A stretch of 64,000 nt of DNA from positions 576,001-640,000 of the forward strand of contig CM000208.1 of the NCBI GenBank assembly GCA_000002445.1. The letters run 5' to 3'. This document shows positions 1 to 10,980 of this stretch, in pieces (positions within the stretch are counted from its first letter, which is position 1; the number at the start of each line of letters is the position of its first letter). Origin of the DNA: Trypanosoma brucei. Lineage: Eukaryota. Position numbers and translations under genes: made by a program. The notes beneath the pieces were generated by a model. The model was not told where the DNA came from. It was given only the letters and a program-made list of their open reading frames with translations, and did not search any database.

Positions 1-891
1 GAAGTGAGGGGTCCAACGATACCAAAAGGTACCCGCGGCCCCTGCCACATTAGATTTCGGTACAACATGCGACCTTTGCGGTTTCTGCCGCATCGGGAGC
101 GTAAGGGTCAGGTGGGTGCGGTTGTATTCGAATGTACTGCGGCTGAAACAAGCAGTAGCACGGACTGCGCAGCGGCAACTGAGACTCAAGCTTACGATGC
201 CAACTGTGGCGAAGGTGGTAACAAGGGCGGCGGTACTGGTGTTAAGGCGCCGAAAGTCATCACGGTACCATGTGATTTGGTAATCACTTCGCTAGGGTAT
301 TATGGAGATAGCATTCCTGGTGTTGAGTTCGATCATGCTCGAGGAGTTATATCGCACGTTGGCGGTCGAGTAAAGGGGCAACCACGACTGTACTGCGCCG
401 GCTGGGCGAAGAACGGACCAAAGGGGATCATTGCTCACGCACTCATGGACGCGCAAGTAACTGCTGCAACTGTTCTTGAAGACCTTGACAATAGTGCTCT
501 TCCAACGGGAGGTAGTGACGGTGCTTTCTGCGGAAAGTACGGTTTGGTGGACTACTTTGTTGAGAAGCGAATGGAACCTGTGTCGGTGGCTGGTCTTGAG
601 CGTATAATGCATGTGGAGTTGGAGCGTGGCGTGGATATGGGAAAGAGACTGGAGAAGATTGACGACGTTCGGGCGATGCTTGACGTGGCTCTCGGCGGAG
701 CCGTTGGGAAGAAGGCAAACAATGCGATACGAGGTATTATGAATGAGCGGCCAGATGCGTTGTTGTACCTTAACGAACTCCTGGACGACACAACGGACTT
801 GGCGCCTCTTGCGCGGCAACTGGCTCGCGACTTGCCACCTGTCATGGCGGAACAACATCCACCAGGGAGGCTCCATCCATCACAGCTGTGA
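1..891 (+). CDS. Partial CDS, 5' end outside the window: C-terminal part of a NADPH:adrenodoxin/ferredoxin oxidoreductase (FDXR/ARH1-like) protein
   Basis: The frame is open from the window edge. The translation (CDLVITSLGYYGDSIPGVEFDHARGVISHVGGRVKGQPRLYCAGWAKNGPKGIIAHALMDAQ...LPTGG) resembles, from memory, the C-terminal NADP-binding region of mitochondrial adrenodoxin reductases (LVLSSIGYKS...GRV..VPGLYCSGWVKRGPTGVI). The 'M' at position 4 in the track is a GTG codon, not a real start. Confidence 0.65.
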   Translation, partial: EVRGPTIPKGTRGPCHIRFRYNMRPLRFLPHRERKGQVGAVVFECTAAETSSSTDCAAATETQAYDANCGEGGNKGGGTGVKAPKVITVPCDLVITSLGYYGDSIPGVEFDHARGVISHVGGRVKGQPRLYCAGWAKNGPKGIIAHALMDAQVTAATVLEDLDNSALPTGGSDGAFCGKYGLVDYFVEKRMEPVSVAGLERIMHVELERGVDMGKRLEKIDDVRAMLDVALGGAVGKKANNAIRGIMNERPDALLYLNELLDDTTDLAPLARQLARDLPPVMAEQHPPGRLHPSQL

Positions 892-1451
892 TTGTTGGAG
901 CGGATAAACTTCTTCCATACGGACCGGCTTTTGGTCACATTATGGGTTGTGGGTGGTGCTTATTTCTGGTGCAATTGTGAACCAACGCAAAACATGCGAT
1001 CGATTTGTTCTTTGAGTGGGAGTTTACCGTAACGTAGTTGTGCAGTGGGCACATTATTGGTCAGCACCCGTAGGTTTATTTTTTCTATCCTCCCAAACGA
1101 TGTTTCGGCTCTTCATCTGTTCCATTTTATTTTACCAATTTCAAATATGTTTGCTTCATTTTCTGCCTTTTTCTTCCGTTTCGGTAATCCTCACAAGATA
1201 AGCCTAAGCTAAGCATTTAAAGCAAACAAGAAACAAAGGAGGAGGGAAAATCTGGTAAGTAAAGTAAGGGAATAAATAAATTTGACTGTAAGGCAAGAAA
1301 AAAAAAGAGAGAAGGGGAAGAAGGGAGACGAATCATAGTGCTACTGACCTTGTTCGTTTCCAAGGTTACAAAAGCTAACTATAAGAGGAAAAGAATTACT
1401 ACACACTCGTTGAAATTAAAGAAGAGAAAGTAATTTTATAAGGTACTGAAG

Positions 1452-3218
1452 ATGTCCATTACACAAAGTGCACTCGGTCGCGAATGGGGTGTGGTGGCAT
1501 GTGGCTTTCTCGTTACGTACTACCGCGAGTTCACCAAGGAAGGGGAACCGCTAGCCCTCCTTGACATGTATGCCGACAACTCCCATGTGGTTTATGCGGA
1601 ATACAATGAAAATGTGGCACAAATCGTACGCGGCCGCCATGAGATCCTCCAACACCTTGAGAAGATGGACGCAGCGCTAGGGCGACGTAAGGTTGAGGTT
1701 CGCTTCGCCGACTTCAGCCCTATTGCGGGCGGCAGCGTGCTCATTGTAACTCAGGGTATTATGTACGTTCGTGGATCACGGAAAGTTTTCACTCAATCCT
1801 TCGTTCTCGCACCCACGCCAAATCGTAGCAATACATACCACATAGCAAGCGAATATTTTCGTGTGCTGCACGTGGAGATGGAACGCATTCCTGAAGGCAG
1901 TATCATAATGACACCTGTGCAGGTCGCTCAGCACCTTCTTGGCGAGCAAGAGAGGCGAAAGAGGGAAGAGGAAGCACGCGAGCATTTTCTGTTCCTTCAG
2001 AAGCAAAAAGAGGAGCAACAGCAACAGCAACAACAAATGCTACAGTGTGCGGATGCAGAGATGGTGAAACAACAGGAGAATGACCGCGCACTCGCTGCGG
2101 AAAATCAGAGTGAAGCGTGGGACAAGCACCCACGTGGACAGGACCGGCGGATGGGTAGGAAAGACTACAGAAACCGTGCACCTGCAGGGGCACGCAGTGA
2201 GGGTGTGGAAGAGAGGAAAGAGCGTGCCGAATGGGAGATGGGAAAACCCACCGAATCGAGGACAAATGAGGCTGAGGACGACACTGCAGGTGAGGGTAAC
2301 GAACGCAACCGATGGGAACAACCAAGGCGGAGTGAACCGCACAAACGTCCAGAGCGCGTTAAGAGGAATGAAGGGGGTCGGCGTGCAGAAGGCAATGATC
2401 AAAATGAGGTGGGACGCCCTGAACGAAAAGATCGCCGGGATGCGGAAAGAGAACCTCGGGATGGCGAAAGCCGCCGGGGTCATTGGGGCCGCAATGAAGA
2501 AAAGGTCGATAACGTGGATACCGCTGACAATACACGTGTAACCGAGGGAGACGCTGCCCGTTCCACAGGGGCTGCTGGAGCGGCTTCTGAAAGGACCCGC
2601 CGCAACACTTTCAACAACCGCCCGCGCGACCGATTTAGGAACCGTGAGCTGCAACAGGAACAACAACCCGCCGCCCCCGCCGATTCAGCGGCTGCCGTTC
2701 CTGCAACTTCCAGCGCTGCAGACAATAAAGGTGATGCCGGCAGGAACGATCATAAACCCCTCCCCCGCTCGGAAGCCAACAGAAGAGGTCCCGGAGGAAG
2801 CAAAGAGGCGAAGAACAACAAAAAAGAGGCGTGGGCCAGTGAGAAAAACGATGCCAACAATGGTGGCGCCGCTCCTGATGCTGCTGCGGCAGAGGAGAAC
2901 GTAACCCCCGCTGAACAACGGAAGAAGTTTCCACGGAGCAGGGCTGATAAAAAAATTGCCGGTGAAGGCACCAGACTGGAGCACAGGAAAGGTCCGACGG
3001 ACCATGTGCGGCTAATAGATGCACCAAAGGGCCAAAATGAACAAATTAGTGCTGCAATTAAGCGAATAACTGGTGAAGAACCAAAGAAAGTTGTTCCGTT
3101 TGGTCGCGGGAACGACATTGTGTGCCAATTAAGCACGGAATCAGCCGCCGAGGCTTTGTTGGAGAAACCGCCCGTGGTGAATGAGTGTGCACTCAGGGTG
3201 GCACGGTTCTATCCCTAG
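1452..3218 (+). CDS. NTF2-like domain protein with a long R/E/D/G-rich low-complexity region and a poly-Q tract (G3BP-like architecture, putative RNA-binding)
   Basis: ATG at 1452. The N-terminal ~130 aa match the NTF2 fold signature (FTQSFVLAP..YHIASEYFRV, compare G3BP FMQTFVLAP..FYVHNDIFRY). A Q7 run and an RD/RE-rich region follow. Antisense ORFs over the same span are low-complexity artefacts. Confidence 0.65.
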   Translation: MSITQSALGREWGVVACGFLVTYYREFTKEGEPLALLDMYADNSHVVYAEYNENVAQIVRGRHEILQHLEKMDAALGRRKVEVRFADFSPIAGGSVLIVTQGIMYVRGSRKVFTQSFVLAPTPNRSNTYHIASEYFRVLHVEMERIPEGSIIMTPVQVAQHLLGEQERRKREEEAREHFLFLQKQKEEQQQQQQQMLQCADAEMVKQQENDRALAAENQSEAWDKHPRGQDRRMGRKDYRNRAPAGARSEGVEERKERAEWEMGKPTESRTNEAEDDTAGEGNERNRWEQPRRSEPHKRPERVKRNEGGRRAEGNDQNEVGRPERKDRRDAEREPRDGESRRGHWGRNEEKVDNVDTADNTRVTEGDAARSTGAAGAASERTRRNTFNNRPRDRFRNRELQQEQQPAAPADSAAAVPATSSAADNKGDAGRNDHKPLPRSEANRRGPGGSKEAKNNKKEAWASEKNDANNGGAAPDAAAAEENVTPAEQRKKFPRSRADKKIAGEGTRLEHRKGPTDHVRLIDAPKGQNEQISAAIKRITGEEPKKVVPFGRGNDIVCQLSTESAAEALLEKPPVVNECALRVARFYP

Positions 3219-5198
3219 TTCTGAGAGGCACACACGTACATATTCGTGCCCACGTCTTAATCAAAGAACATAATGAAGCGAGAAAGGATAAAATAAATGG
3301 GCGATGTAACGGACAGCCGTACGCTCCGTACCACCAAGTGAAGGAAATGAGGCGGGCTAACAACTCCTCCGATTTTGCCTGATTTTCTCTTCCTCATTCT
3401 CGATGAAGATCAAATTCATTTTTTACTTTTGTGACCAGTAAACGTTTTTTTTGTTCTTACCTTTCCGGTTTTGAAATAAACTTGGCAGGAGCGGCCATAT
3501 CTTAGCAAGGTAGAGTGAGGAGGAGAGAAAGAAAATGATGAGTTCACTTGTTGGCTGTGATTCCCCCCACTTTCCCCTTCACTGTTACGTGCTTTAACAC
3601 ATATAATACCTTCTTCTATTTCTTTTTATTGTTACCCAACCCGTGTTTCTTCTTCACTCTGATCCACTAATAATTGAAGGAAGTTATAAACGTGATAAGT
3701 AAGTTTTTCATGCATTCTCATTGATGTTCAGCACATGGGTTGTTTGCTTACGGATAAACATACGCACATATACATTTTTTTTTTCCAAATCGTTTGGTTA
3801 CGTGATATTTGTTGTGGATAAGTGAAGGTGCTCCTTTCGTTATGTCACCAGTGGCGGCGGCCAGCACTCGCCTTCCCGTTGGTTGCGAGGAAGCGGGAAA
3901 ATGGAGATAAATATAAACGGAAAGGGAACAGTTGTCTTCCCATTGCTGTGGCGGCGAAAGGCGATACAAAGAAATAATAATAATAATGTTAAGTGTTAAT
4001 GGTGCAAAGTGAATGAGTTACCAGACCTTTTTTTGTATTGTGACGATGTTTTTTGTCCTCTCCGTGGTTCAAACATTTCAGGTATGTGCTTTTGAGCGAG
4101 GGATTATGTTTAATGAAGTCGGTACCGTAAACTTTTCTATGTGGTCTCATTGGCGGACCTTTCCGAACATTCTGCACTTCTAATTTTTCATATTGACTTC
4201 CTACTCCTACATGTATTATGTTTCAGTTGCACTTGTTTTTATTCATTACTTTCATTCTTTTCCATACTTCTTTATTTATATGTACCCTTCTTTCCTGTGA
4301 GGGCGACGTGTGTACGCCAGAGTTACACGAAGAAAGAAGGAAAGTCAACAACAAGAACAACAATAATTACACCCACCACCACAATACATATTTAATTATT
4401 TTGGCGTTAGTGAAGAGTACGCAGTGCTGAACGGCAGCAACCCAATCACCAGCAGCGCAACAGCATTTTTTTTGTACTTTATATTTTACATATTTTAATT
4501 ATATATTTACATTTATTTAAATCGCAATAGTGATTAAAATATCACATTATTATTATAGTTAGTTTCTAACCCAACGGGAAAGAAGTCGTGTAAAGAAAAG
4601 GTAATAACAAAATAAAAAGAAGGGAAGAGAAGGAGGAGAAAGCAAGGGAAAGCAAAGACTGCGTGAGAAGGGGGGGGAAGAAAAGGAGAAACTGAAGGGA
4701 TAACGTAGAAAACTGTGAGAAGAACAACAAAAACGAAATAAAACTGGACATCTGAAATACAATCAAGTTTGTGTGTTATCCATATTCCTGTATCGGATTT
4801 TGGAAAGAGGGAAAGCAAAATCAGCAAATAATACGAAGTGGGAGGCAAAAGAGGTGAAGGAAAAGTCCTTTTTTTTAAAAAAAAGGGGGTGCAAAATAAC
4901 CAGACCTGAGGGTAGAAGAAGAAGAAAAAAAAAGCGGTAGGTAATTTACGGTGCAAATCATACATAATTCTTTGTTGGGGTTTAGTACACTTTGCAAAGC
5001 AAAGCAAAGCAAAGCAACACCAACAAAGAAGAACCAAAGGGGACCACAAACACGCACGAGTGACGAGAAGAGAAGAGAAGGAAGGGGGATAATCCTAACA
5101 GGTTGGTGGTTGATAACGTGTTCAAACACCCTCAACTAAAAAAATAAAATAAAGTAATAGAACAGAAAAACGGAAGAGAAGAGAGGATTAACGAATCG

Positions 5199-6098
5199 AT
5201 GTCGATAGATGTGGTTCCTGCTACCGAAACCGCTGCAGCTGCAACCACTACCGCTACTTACATGGACAACATTATTTCTGTTCGAAAGGCCAACGCAAAG
5301 AAACTCGCTGGTGGTTATACTCAAACGAAACGAATAGCAGAAATTTGTTACTTCTCCTTAGCGGTTTGCCTTTGGATGAGAAACGTTGCAATTGTGGTAC
5401 TCTATTTACTGCACAGTAGCGAATCGTCTTCCAATCAGTTATTATGGAGCCCACTGATGATTCTGTCGGCTATGGTATTGTCTGACTTCATTAGCGGCGT
5501 GGCCCACTGGAGTTTTGATACGTGGGGAACCCCGGAGACATTTCTGTTCGGTAACTTTATACGCTCCTTCCGGGAGCATCACGTTAACCAAATGGCCATG
5601 ACCAAACACGATTTTATTGAGACGAATGCCGACACAACTTTACCCCTGATCCCTGTGTTACTGATCCAATTATACTTCCTAGGTTGCAATTCCAAGAATA
5701 ATTCAACATTCCGATACAACATCGACAATGACAACGCTGGTTTCCATGTATTTTTCCTTACTTTCGCACTTTTCATTGGTATGACTAATGAGCTTCACAA
5801 ATGGGCTCACCTGCCGGCGCCGCATCCCTTCGCTCGCCTGCTCATGTCGTGTAGAATTGTTCTCACACGTAAAAGTCACCGCAGGCATCATCGTGGGAGT
5901 TATGACCGCAGTTATTGCATTACAACTGGGTGGTTGAATGCCCCGCTTGACCGAGTTGACTTTTGGCGGAAGGCCGAGGCAGTTGTAACGGCATTGACGG
6001 GTGCGGTTCCACGGGCAAATGATAGGGAGTTGTTAGGCGTACGACATAAAGAAGAAACGGACGGGGAGGGTTGCAATGAGGAATTTGGAGGGTTGTGA
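5199..6098 (+). CDS. TMEM189/PEDS1 (CarF, 'Kua' lipid desaturase domain)-like membrane protein, candidate plasmanylethanolamine desaturase
   Basis: ATG at 5199. It is a multi-pass hydrophobic protein with histidine motifs (REHHVNQ, HKWAHL, HRRHHRGSYDRSYCITTGWLN) that I recognise from memory as characteristic of the TMEM189/CarF family; I did not run a search. Confidence 0.55.
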   Translation: MSIDVVPATETAAAATTTATYMDNIISVRKANAKKLAGGYTQTKRIAEICYFSLAVCLWMRNVAIVVLYLLHSSESSSNQLLWSPLMILSAMVLSDFISGVAHWSFDTWGTPETFLFGNFIRSFREHHVNQMAMTKHDFIETNADTTLPLIPVLLIQLYFLGCNSKNNSTFRYNIDNDNAGFHVFFLTFALFIGMTNELHKWAHLPAPHPFARLLMSCRIVLTRKSHRRHHRGSYDRSYCITTGWLNAPLDRVDFWRKAEAVVTALTGAVPRANDRELLGVRHKEETDGEGCNEEFGGL

Positions 6099-7858
6099 AA
6101 TAGTTGAAATTTGTGGGAAGAAAAAAGAGAAAAACTACAGCGACTGCTATTATTCGTAAAGCAGGATCGCTTTTGTCTTTGCGTATGCGCTTGTATTCGC
6201 AAGGAGAGTTGTGTGATAAGACTGATATGGGAGGACAAGAAAAGAGAAGGGAAGGGAAGGTGCTCATGTTGATACTCGGTTGGATAAAAAGTTTGCAAGG
6301 TAGCATTTTATTTTTATTTATATTTTTAATTTTACTTTTGTTGTGACTACCACTATCATTATTATTATTATTATCATTATTGTTGTTACTGGTAATGGAA
6401 GCAACACAGGTGACAAGAGAGTAAGCACATGATTTGTTGGGACGTTCACCACCTGTTTTGCGATGAAGGGAACGCTACTATGGTTTTTGTTGCATGAGTA
6501 GAAGGTTGTTTCTCAAAAGTAGAAGTAGAAACGAAAAAACAAAAAGATGCACGCAAAGCAAACAAACATGAATATATATATATATATATATATATTTGCG
6601 TGGACACGTGGTTATGCTCCTTCAGTTTCTACCCTTTACATACACACAAGAAGGGATTTAGTAAATGAATAAAAGCGATACGCACAGCATCCCCATGAGA
6701 CAATACTGGAGGGGCTGTTAAGTCATGTACGTGGGAATGCCACTCACTTTAATAGGGGCCTCCTGTTTTGCGTCGAGGCAGTACCCTTTTCATTTGTTGT
6801 TCGTTCTTTTAAAAGTTTTTTTTTCTCTCAGTTACGTCTTCACCCACACTCTTCCCAACTTTATCTTTGTGCATGTTTATGTTTCCCTTTCTTCCATGAT
6901 ATTCTTAGTCACAAATTTACTGACAAATAACCGTACGTTAACTAAGCGTCACAACGTGTCCCGACCGTGCGCACATTTTTGTTTTTTCCATCTTTTTTTC
7001 ATTTTCATTTTGACAACTTTTTTTTTCCGTTAAAGAAAGAGGGTGGAGCCGCATGATCGAGGGACATGAGAAAGGAAAAGAAGGGGAGTAGATAAGAAAG
7101 AAAGAAAGAAACGGAGAGGGGAAAGGGGAAAAGATAAGAGGGGGGCAAAAAAATATAGCAACCAACAGGATCATTATGCATTTCTTTTTTTCTTTTTCCC
7201 CCATTCGCCGTTACCTTTGCGTGGGGCCAACGAAGAGATGATGTGGGGGAAAGTAATACATTTACACACGTATACATGTCAAACAAACGAGTGAAGCATA
7301 TATATGTGTACATTTTTTTTTGTAAAGAGGAGGGAAGATGGGAGTGGCAACATTCATTGAAAAAATATCATGTACATTCCTGCAAGTGTCGGTAGCTTTA
7401 TGTTCTTCGTATTTCCCCTTGTGTGTGTTGGTGTGTTCATTCATTGGTTCTTCTACGTTAGATTAATTCATTTAAATTTTTTTGTGTTTTTTGTTTTGTT
7501 TGTCAACGTTCCTAATCCTTCTATCGTCCCATGTATGGGAAAATAAATATACGCACGGGTATACCACATGTATTTTCTTTGTTCTAGTGGTCTTTGGGCA
7601 TTACGTAATTTATCGTGATCCATTTATTACCGTTCTCTGCTCGTAAAGAGGTTTACTGTCGCGGCAATTGTCGTCTGTTGTTTCTATTACTGTTATTTTT
7701 GGTAATCTCCCTTTTCTTCTTTATTTTCTCGCTCACACCAACGCAGCAACAGAGAGTTACAAACCCTTACATCTTGCACATAGAGTGGCACACACAAGTT
7801 GAAAAAGGAGAAAAAAACGAGCTGAGGAAAACAAAGGTGAAGCGACACTCGGCGTCGT

Positions 7859-10213
7859 ATGAGTTCACGGGAGCCAACAGCAGCGAATGTGGAGGCGACT
7901 GAAGTGTGTGTGGTTGTGAGCCACGCCGCAAGGAAATTTCAGATTACACTACCGGCTGCCACGGCAACTGTGGGTGACATAAAAAATAGAATAGAGCAAA
8001 GCACTGGAGTGCCAGTGGAAAGGCAACGACTTTTGTTTGGTGCGCATACCCTTAAACAATACCGAAATGGGGATATTGAAAATGTGAGACTTATTGATAT
8101 CGTTGTGAAACCTAGTGGTCGTGCCAATGAAAAAGGGATCAAAGCACCCGCCGGCACCAACGACAATCCAAAGGAGGGAAGGGATGACAACAGCAGTAGC
8201 GGCAATGGGACAGTAACTTTAACGTCGGGCTCCGTTATTACGCTGCCGGTGATGTTGCTAGGAACCGCAGCATCAGCCCCTCATGTTGATGAAGAGGTGA
8301 CAGCTCAACTCCACCGGTTGGTTACAACTACGTTAGAGCATGACAGTCGATGGTTCCGATGCAGTTACGGCAAAGGATATGCGCGGCAAACCGCTTTTGT
8401 CTGTCGCACGTGTGTGGACAGTGGAGCTGCAGATCCCTCTCACGCCATTTGCTACGCCTGTGCAGAGGTGTGTCACACCGGTCATGACGTTGAGGAATGG
8501 GGCGTACGTTACTTCATGCGTTGTGACTGCTGTACCCCTGTTTGCTGGAGAGACATAAAGGTGAATGGAAGTAAGGAGGAGTGGGATAAAAAAGCTGTAA
8601 ACGACCACAGTAGCGAAGGTAATAGGGGCCAAGGGGATGAGAACTCAAAAATGTCCCGGGGGGTGTTGCCCCTGATACGGAAAGCCGAAGAGACGCGTCA
8701 GCTGAAGAGGTGCTGTTTTATATTAGACAGCGAGACAAGTGAACCTCCTGTGTCGAGAGAGGCTGTTCCACTAAACGGCAGAAACATTTACCCACGGTCG
8801 TCATATGCATGGTGTTTCTGCTGTTGTGAGGATGACTACCCACCGGATGGGACGAATGAGAGTGCAGGAGTTGTCTGTATGCTTTGTGCCACATGTTTCT
8901 GGAGTGCCCACATCACGCGTCTGCACACGGGCATGCTCAACCGCCTTCCCTGCCACGGGAATTTGGTGGAGGGTGATGTGGTGGCTTTCTACTGCGAAAC
9001 GTGTAAAGGTGTTGTTTGTGGACCCTGTCGCCTTCGCTGCCACGCCGACCACGAAGTGCAAAAGGACGTAGTGGTCGCGCCATACGAACAACACGGAAAG
9101 GGAGCTGTCGCAAATTCACGAGACCACACATTTAAATGTGAGTGTGGCTGTTTTTCCAGTGATAAAAGTGCTGGTGATGACGGGCTTAATGATAGAAATG
9201 CCTCACTGTTGCCACCAAATACAGCAGTGGACATTATGAACAGCGACTCACTCATTGGATTCATATGTGCATACTGCATGCAGGAACATCCATGGCTTGC
9301 GGACAGGGATTATCGTTACTGCTACGGCGGGAAATTGCCGGACCCCGTGCCAAAGGAACAACATAAACCAATAGTTTCGTGTAACTTTCCTCCTGACGCT
9401 GAGTGCCCCGACGACAGGTACCCTTTTCATGGTATGCTTTTCTCCGTTGATGCATTCACAGAGAAGATGACTTGCAAATGCGCACCGTGTCGTCAAGCAT
9501 ATGAGCGGTTTGCTCCTCGTACAACCACCACCGCCCAAGACGAGATGGCGGTGGAGCTCCATGAAGCTTGCGACCACTGCGGTCGGAACATACGTGACGA
9601 AAACGCATTTATGTGCCAAACTTGCGAGTTATGTTGTGGAAAGGCGTTCTTTGTTTGCCGCCGCTGCAACTCACTTCGGCTTGGTTTGAACCTGCCTACC
9701 CCGAGCAGTACAAACGATGAGTCGGTGCACGGGAATACGCAGGAGGGTAACACTGTCTCATCTACCGAACAAGAGGATGAACCCGCATCGTGGGACCATC
9801 CTTCAGATCACGTATTTCTTGAGGACACATGCGAGAACCTCTTTAACCTTTGCGGAATGTGTGTCGCACATCACCTTGGGCCGCAAGCGGAGGATCTTTC
9901 ATCTATGGACGCAGAATCCATAGCTGGTACTGTCATGACGGTGTTGCAACGTACGTTTGGTGAGGCCCCTCTCACATTCGATCCCAAGGACATTGCTCAA
10001 CACCACCAGTTGTTGCAGCAACAGAAAAAGAAACCAAATGCCAGCGCAAACACCCAGTCTTCATCCAATGAACGTACAGGACGGCGTGTATCACCAGCAT
10101 CGATAGCGAAGGGATGTAAACGTCCACGTATTGAAGAAAGTGAGGATGATAGCGACGTTCGCAACGGTGTGAGTAGCGGCAGTGGTGCGCATGACGGCGA
10201 CGATCAAATTTAG
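7859..10213 (+). CDS. Protein with an N-terminal ubiquitin-like domain and several UBR-box-type Cys/His zinc fingers, ending in a basic NLS-like tail
   Basis: ATG at 7859. Residues ~15-85 are Ubl-like (KFQITLPAATATVGDIKNRIEQSTGVPVERQRLLFGAHTLK). The first UBR-like box is RCSYGKGYARQTAFVCRTCV...HAICYACAEVCHTGHDV...FMRCDCC. Two more C/H-rich boxes follow (CHGNLVEGDVVAFYCETCKGVVCGPCRLRCHADHEV...FKCECGC; CDHCGRN...FMCQTCELCCGKAFFVCRRC). The C-terminus has KGCKRPRIEE. Confidence 0.7.
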   Translation: MSSREPTAANVEATEVCVVVSHAARKFQITLPAATATVGDIKNRIEQSTGVPVERQRLLFGAHTLKQYRNGDIENVRLIDIVVKPSGRANEKGIKAPAGTNDNPKEGRDDNSSSGNGTVTLTSGSVITLPVMLLGTAASAPHVDEEVTAQLHRLVTTTLEHDSRWFRCSYGKGYARQTAFVCRTCVDSGAADPSHAICYACAEVCHTGHDVEEWGVRYFMRCDCCTPVCWRDIKVNGSKEEWDKKAVNDHSSEGNRGQGDENSKMSRGVLPLIRKAEETRQLKRCCFILDSETSEPPVSREAVPLNGRNIYPRSSYAWCFCCCEDDYPPDGTNESAGVVCMLCATCFWSAHITRLHTGMLNRLPCHGNLVEGDVVAFYCETCKGVVCGPCRLRCHADHEVQKDVVVAPYEQHGKGAVANSRDHTFKCECGCFSSDKSAGDDGLNDRNASLLPPNTAVDIMNSDSLIGFICAYCMQEHPWLADRDYRYCYGGKLPDPVPKEQHKPIVSCNFPPDAECPDDRYPFHGMLFSVDAFTEKMTCKCAPCRQAYERFAPRTTTTAQDEMAVELHEACDHCGRNIRDENAFMCQTCELCCGKAFFVCRRCNSLRLGLNLPTPSSTNDESVHGNTQEGNTVSSTEQEDEPASWDHPSDHVFLEDTCENLFNLCGMCVAHHLGPQAEDLSSMDAESIAGTVMTVLQRTFGEAPLTFDPKDIAQHHQLLQQQKKKPNASANTQSSSNERTGRRVSPASIAKGCKRPRIEESEDDSDVRNGVSSGSGAHDGDDQI

Positions 10214-10980
10214 CGCTGCGCGTGGGTATGCTTTTCAGGTGATGAGCCATTAATTTCTTTTTTCGTATCTGGATTCTATCGGATGCTCAAACTCCTCTTC
10301 TAACGAAGGGAGCGGCCGAAAGTTGATGGGTAGTGGAAAACATTATTATATTAAGATGTTATCATCTTCAGTTTCTAACTCTCTACCCCTTTTAAGCATC
10401 GACATTACGGTGGGATCGTGTGTGTGTATGTGGTGTCGTTCGTTGTTCGGCAGATTCTCCCCCAGCTTATGCTGCCAAATAAAACTGCCCAATTACCCAC
10501 CGTTGCTCCCCCTTCCCCCTTCCCTGTAGCTTTGTCTGTATCTGTGACTGTAAGGGACCTGCCAACATTTGTTGTTTCCTTAATCTCTTCCTCTCCCTCT
10601 TTTTATCTGTTTGTCCTTTATGTTCAACACTGAGACTCACCAGGCGAGTTTCACCGAAGTCGGCTAAACATCGTTAACAATCGCAACCGTCTGCGCGTAG
10701 ACGCATAGGTGGACGGAAGAGTAGTACACTAAGGAGAAAATAGGGGGAGTTAGGCGCAGAAAAGGTGTTGAGCATTACAAAACTTTTCTTTCCTTAAGAT
10801 TCCCCTCAAATTTCTTTGATCTGAGGAACCAGTGCATTGAATCACTCATTTTGTAAGGAGAGAAAAAAAGAAAAAGAAAACCCGGACAAATACGGAGGTA
10901 AGTGCAAAGATCGTCACAAGAACCTTCGTAAAGCAGAAAGGGGGAGCGTGCCGGGACAGAAATTAACCAAGTGGGAACAA

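Noticed and set aside
2040-2666. 208-aa minus-strand ORF, and several others (1776-2036, 1903-2325, 2480-2725, 2635-3027, 2685-3005, 2750-3136), antisense to the NTF2-like gene
   Set aside because: They overlap a well-supported plus-strand gene in a low-complexity R/E/G-rich region. Composition-driven antisense ORFs are expected there and are contrary to the polycistronic orientation.
4534-5049. 171-aa minus-strand ORF and overlapping short ORFs in the 4.5-5.1 kb spacer
   Set aside because: They translate homopurine/homopyrimidine low-complexity spacer (FFFFFFYP, LLLL...). This is typical UTR or intergenic sequence.
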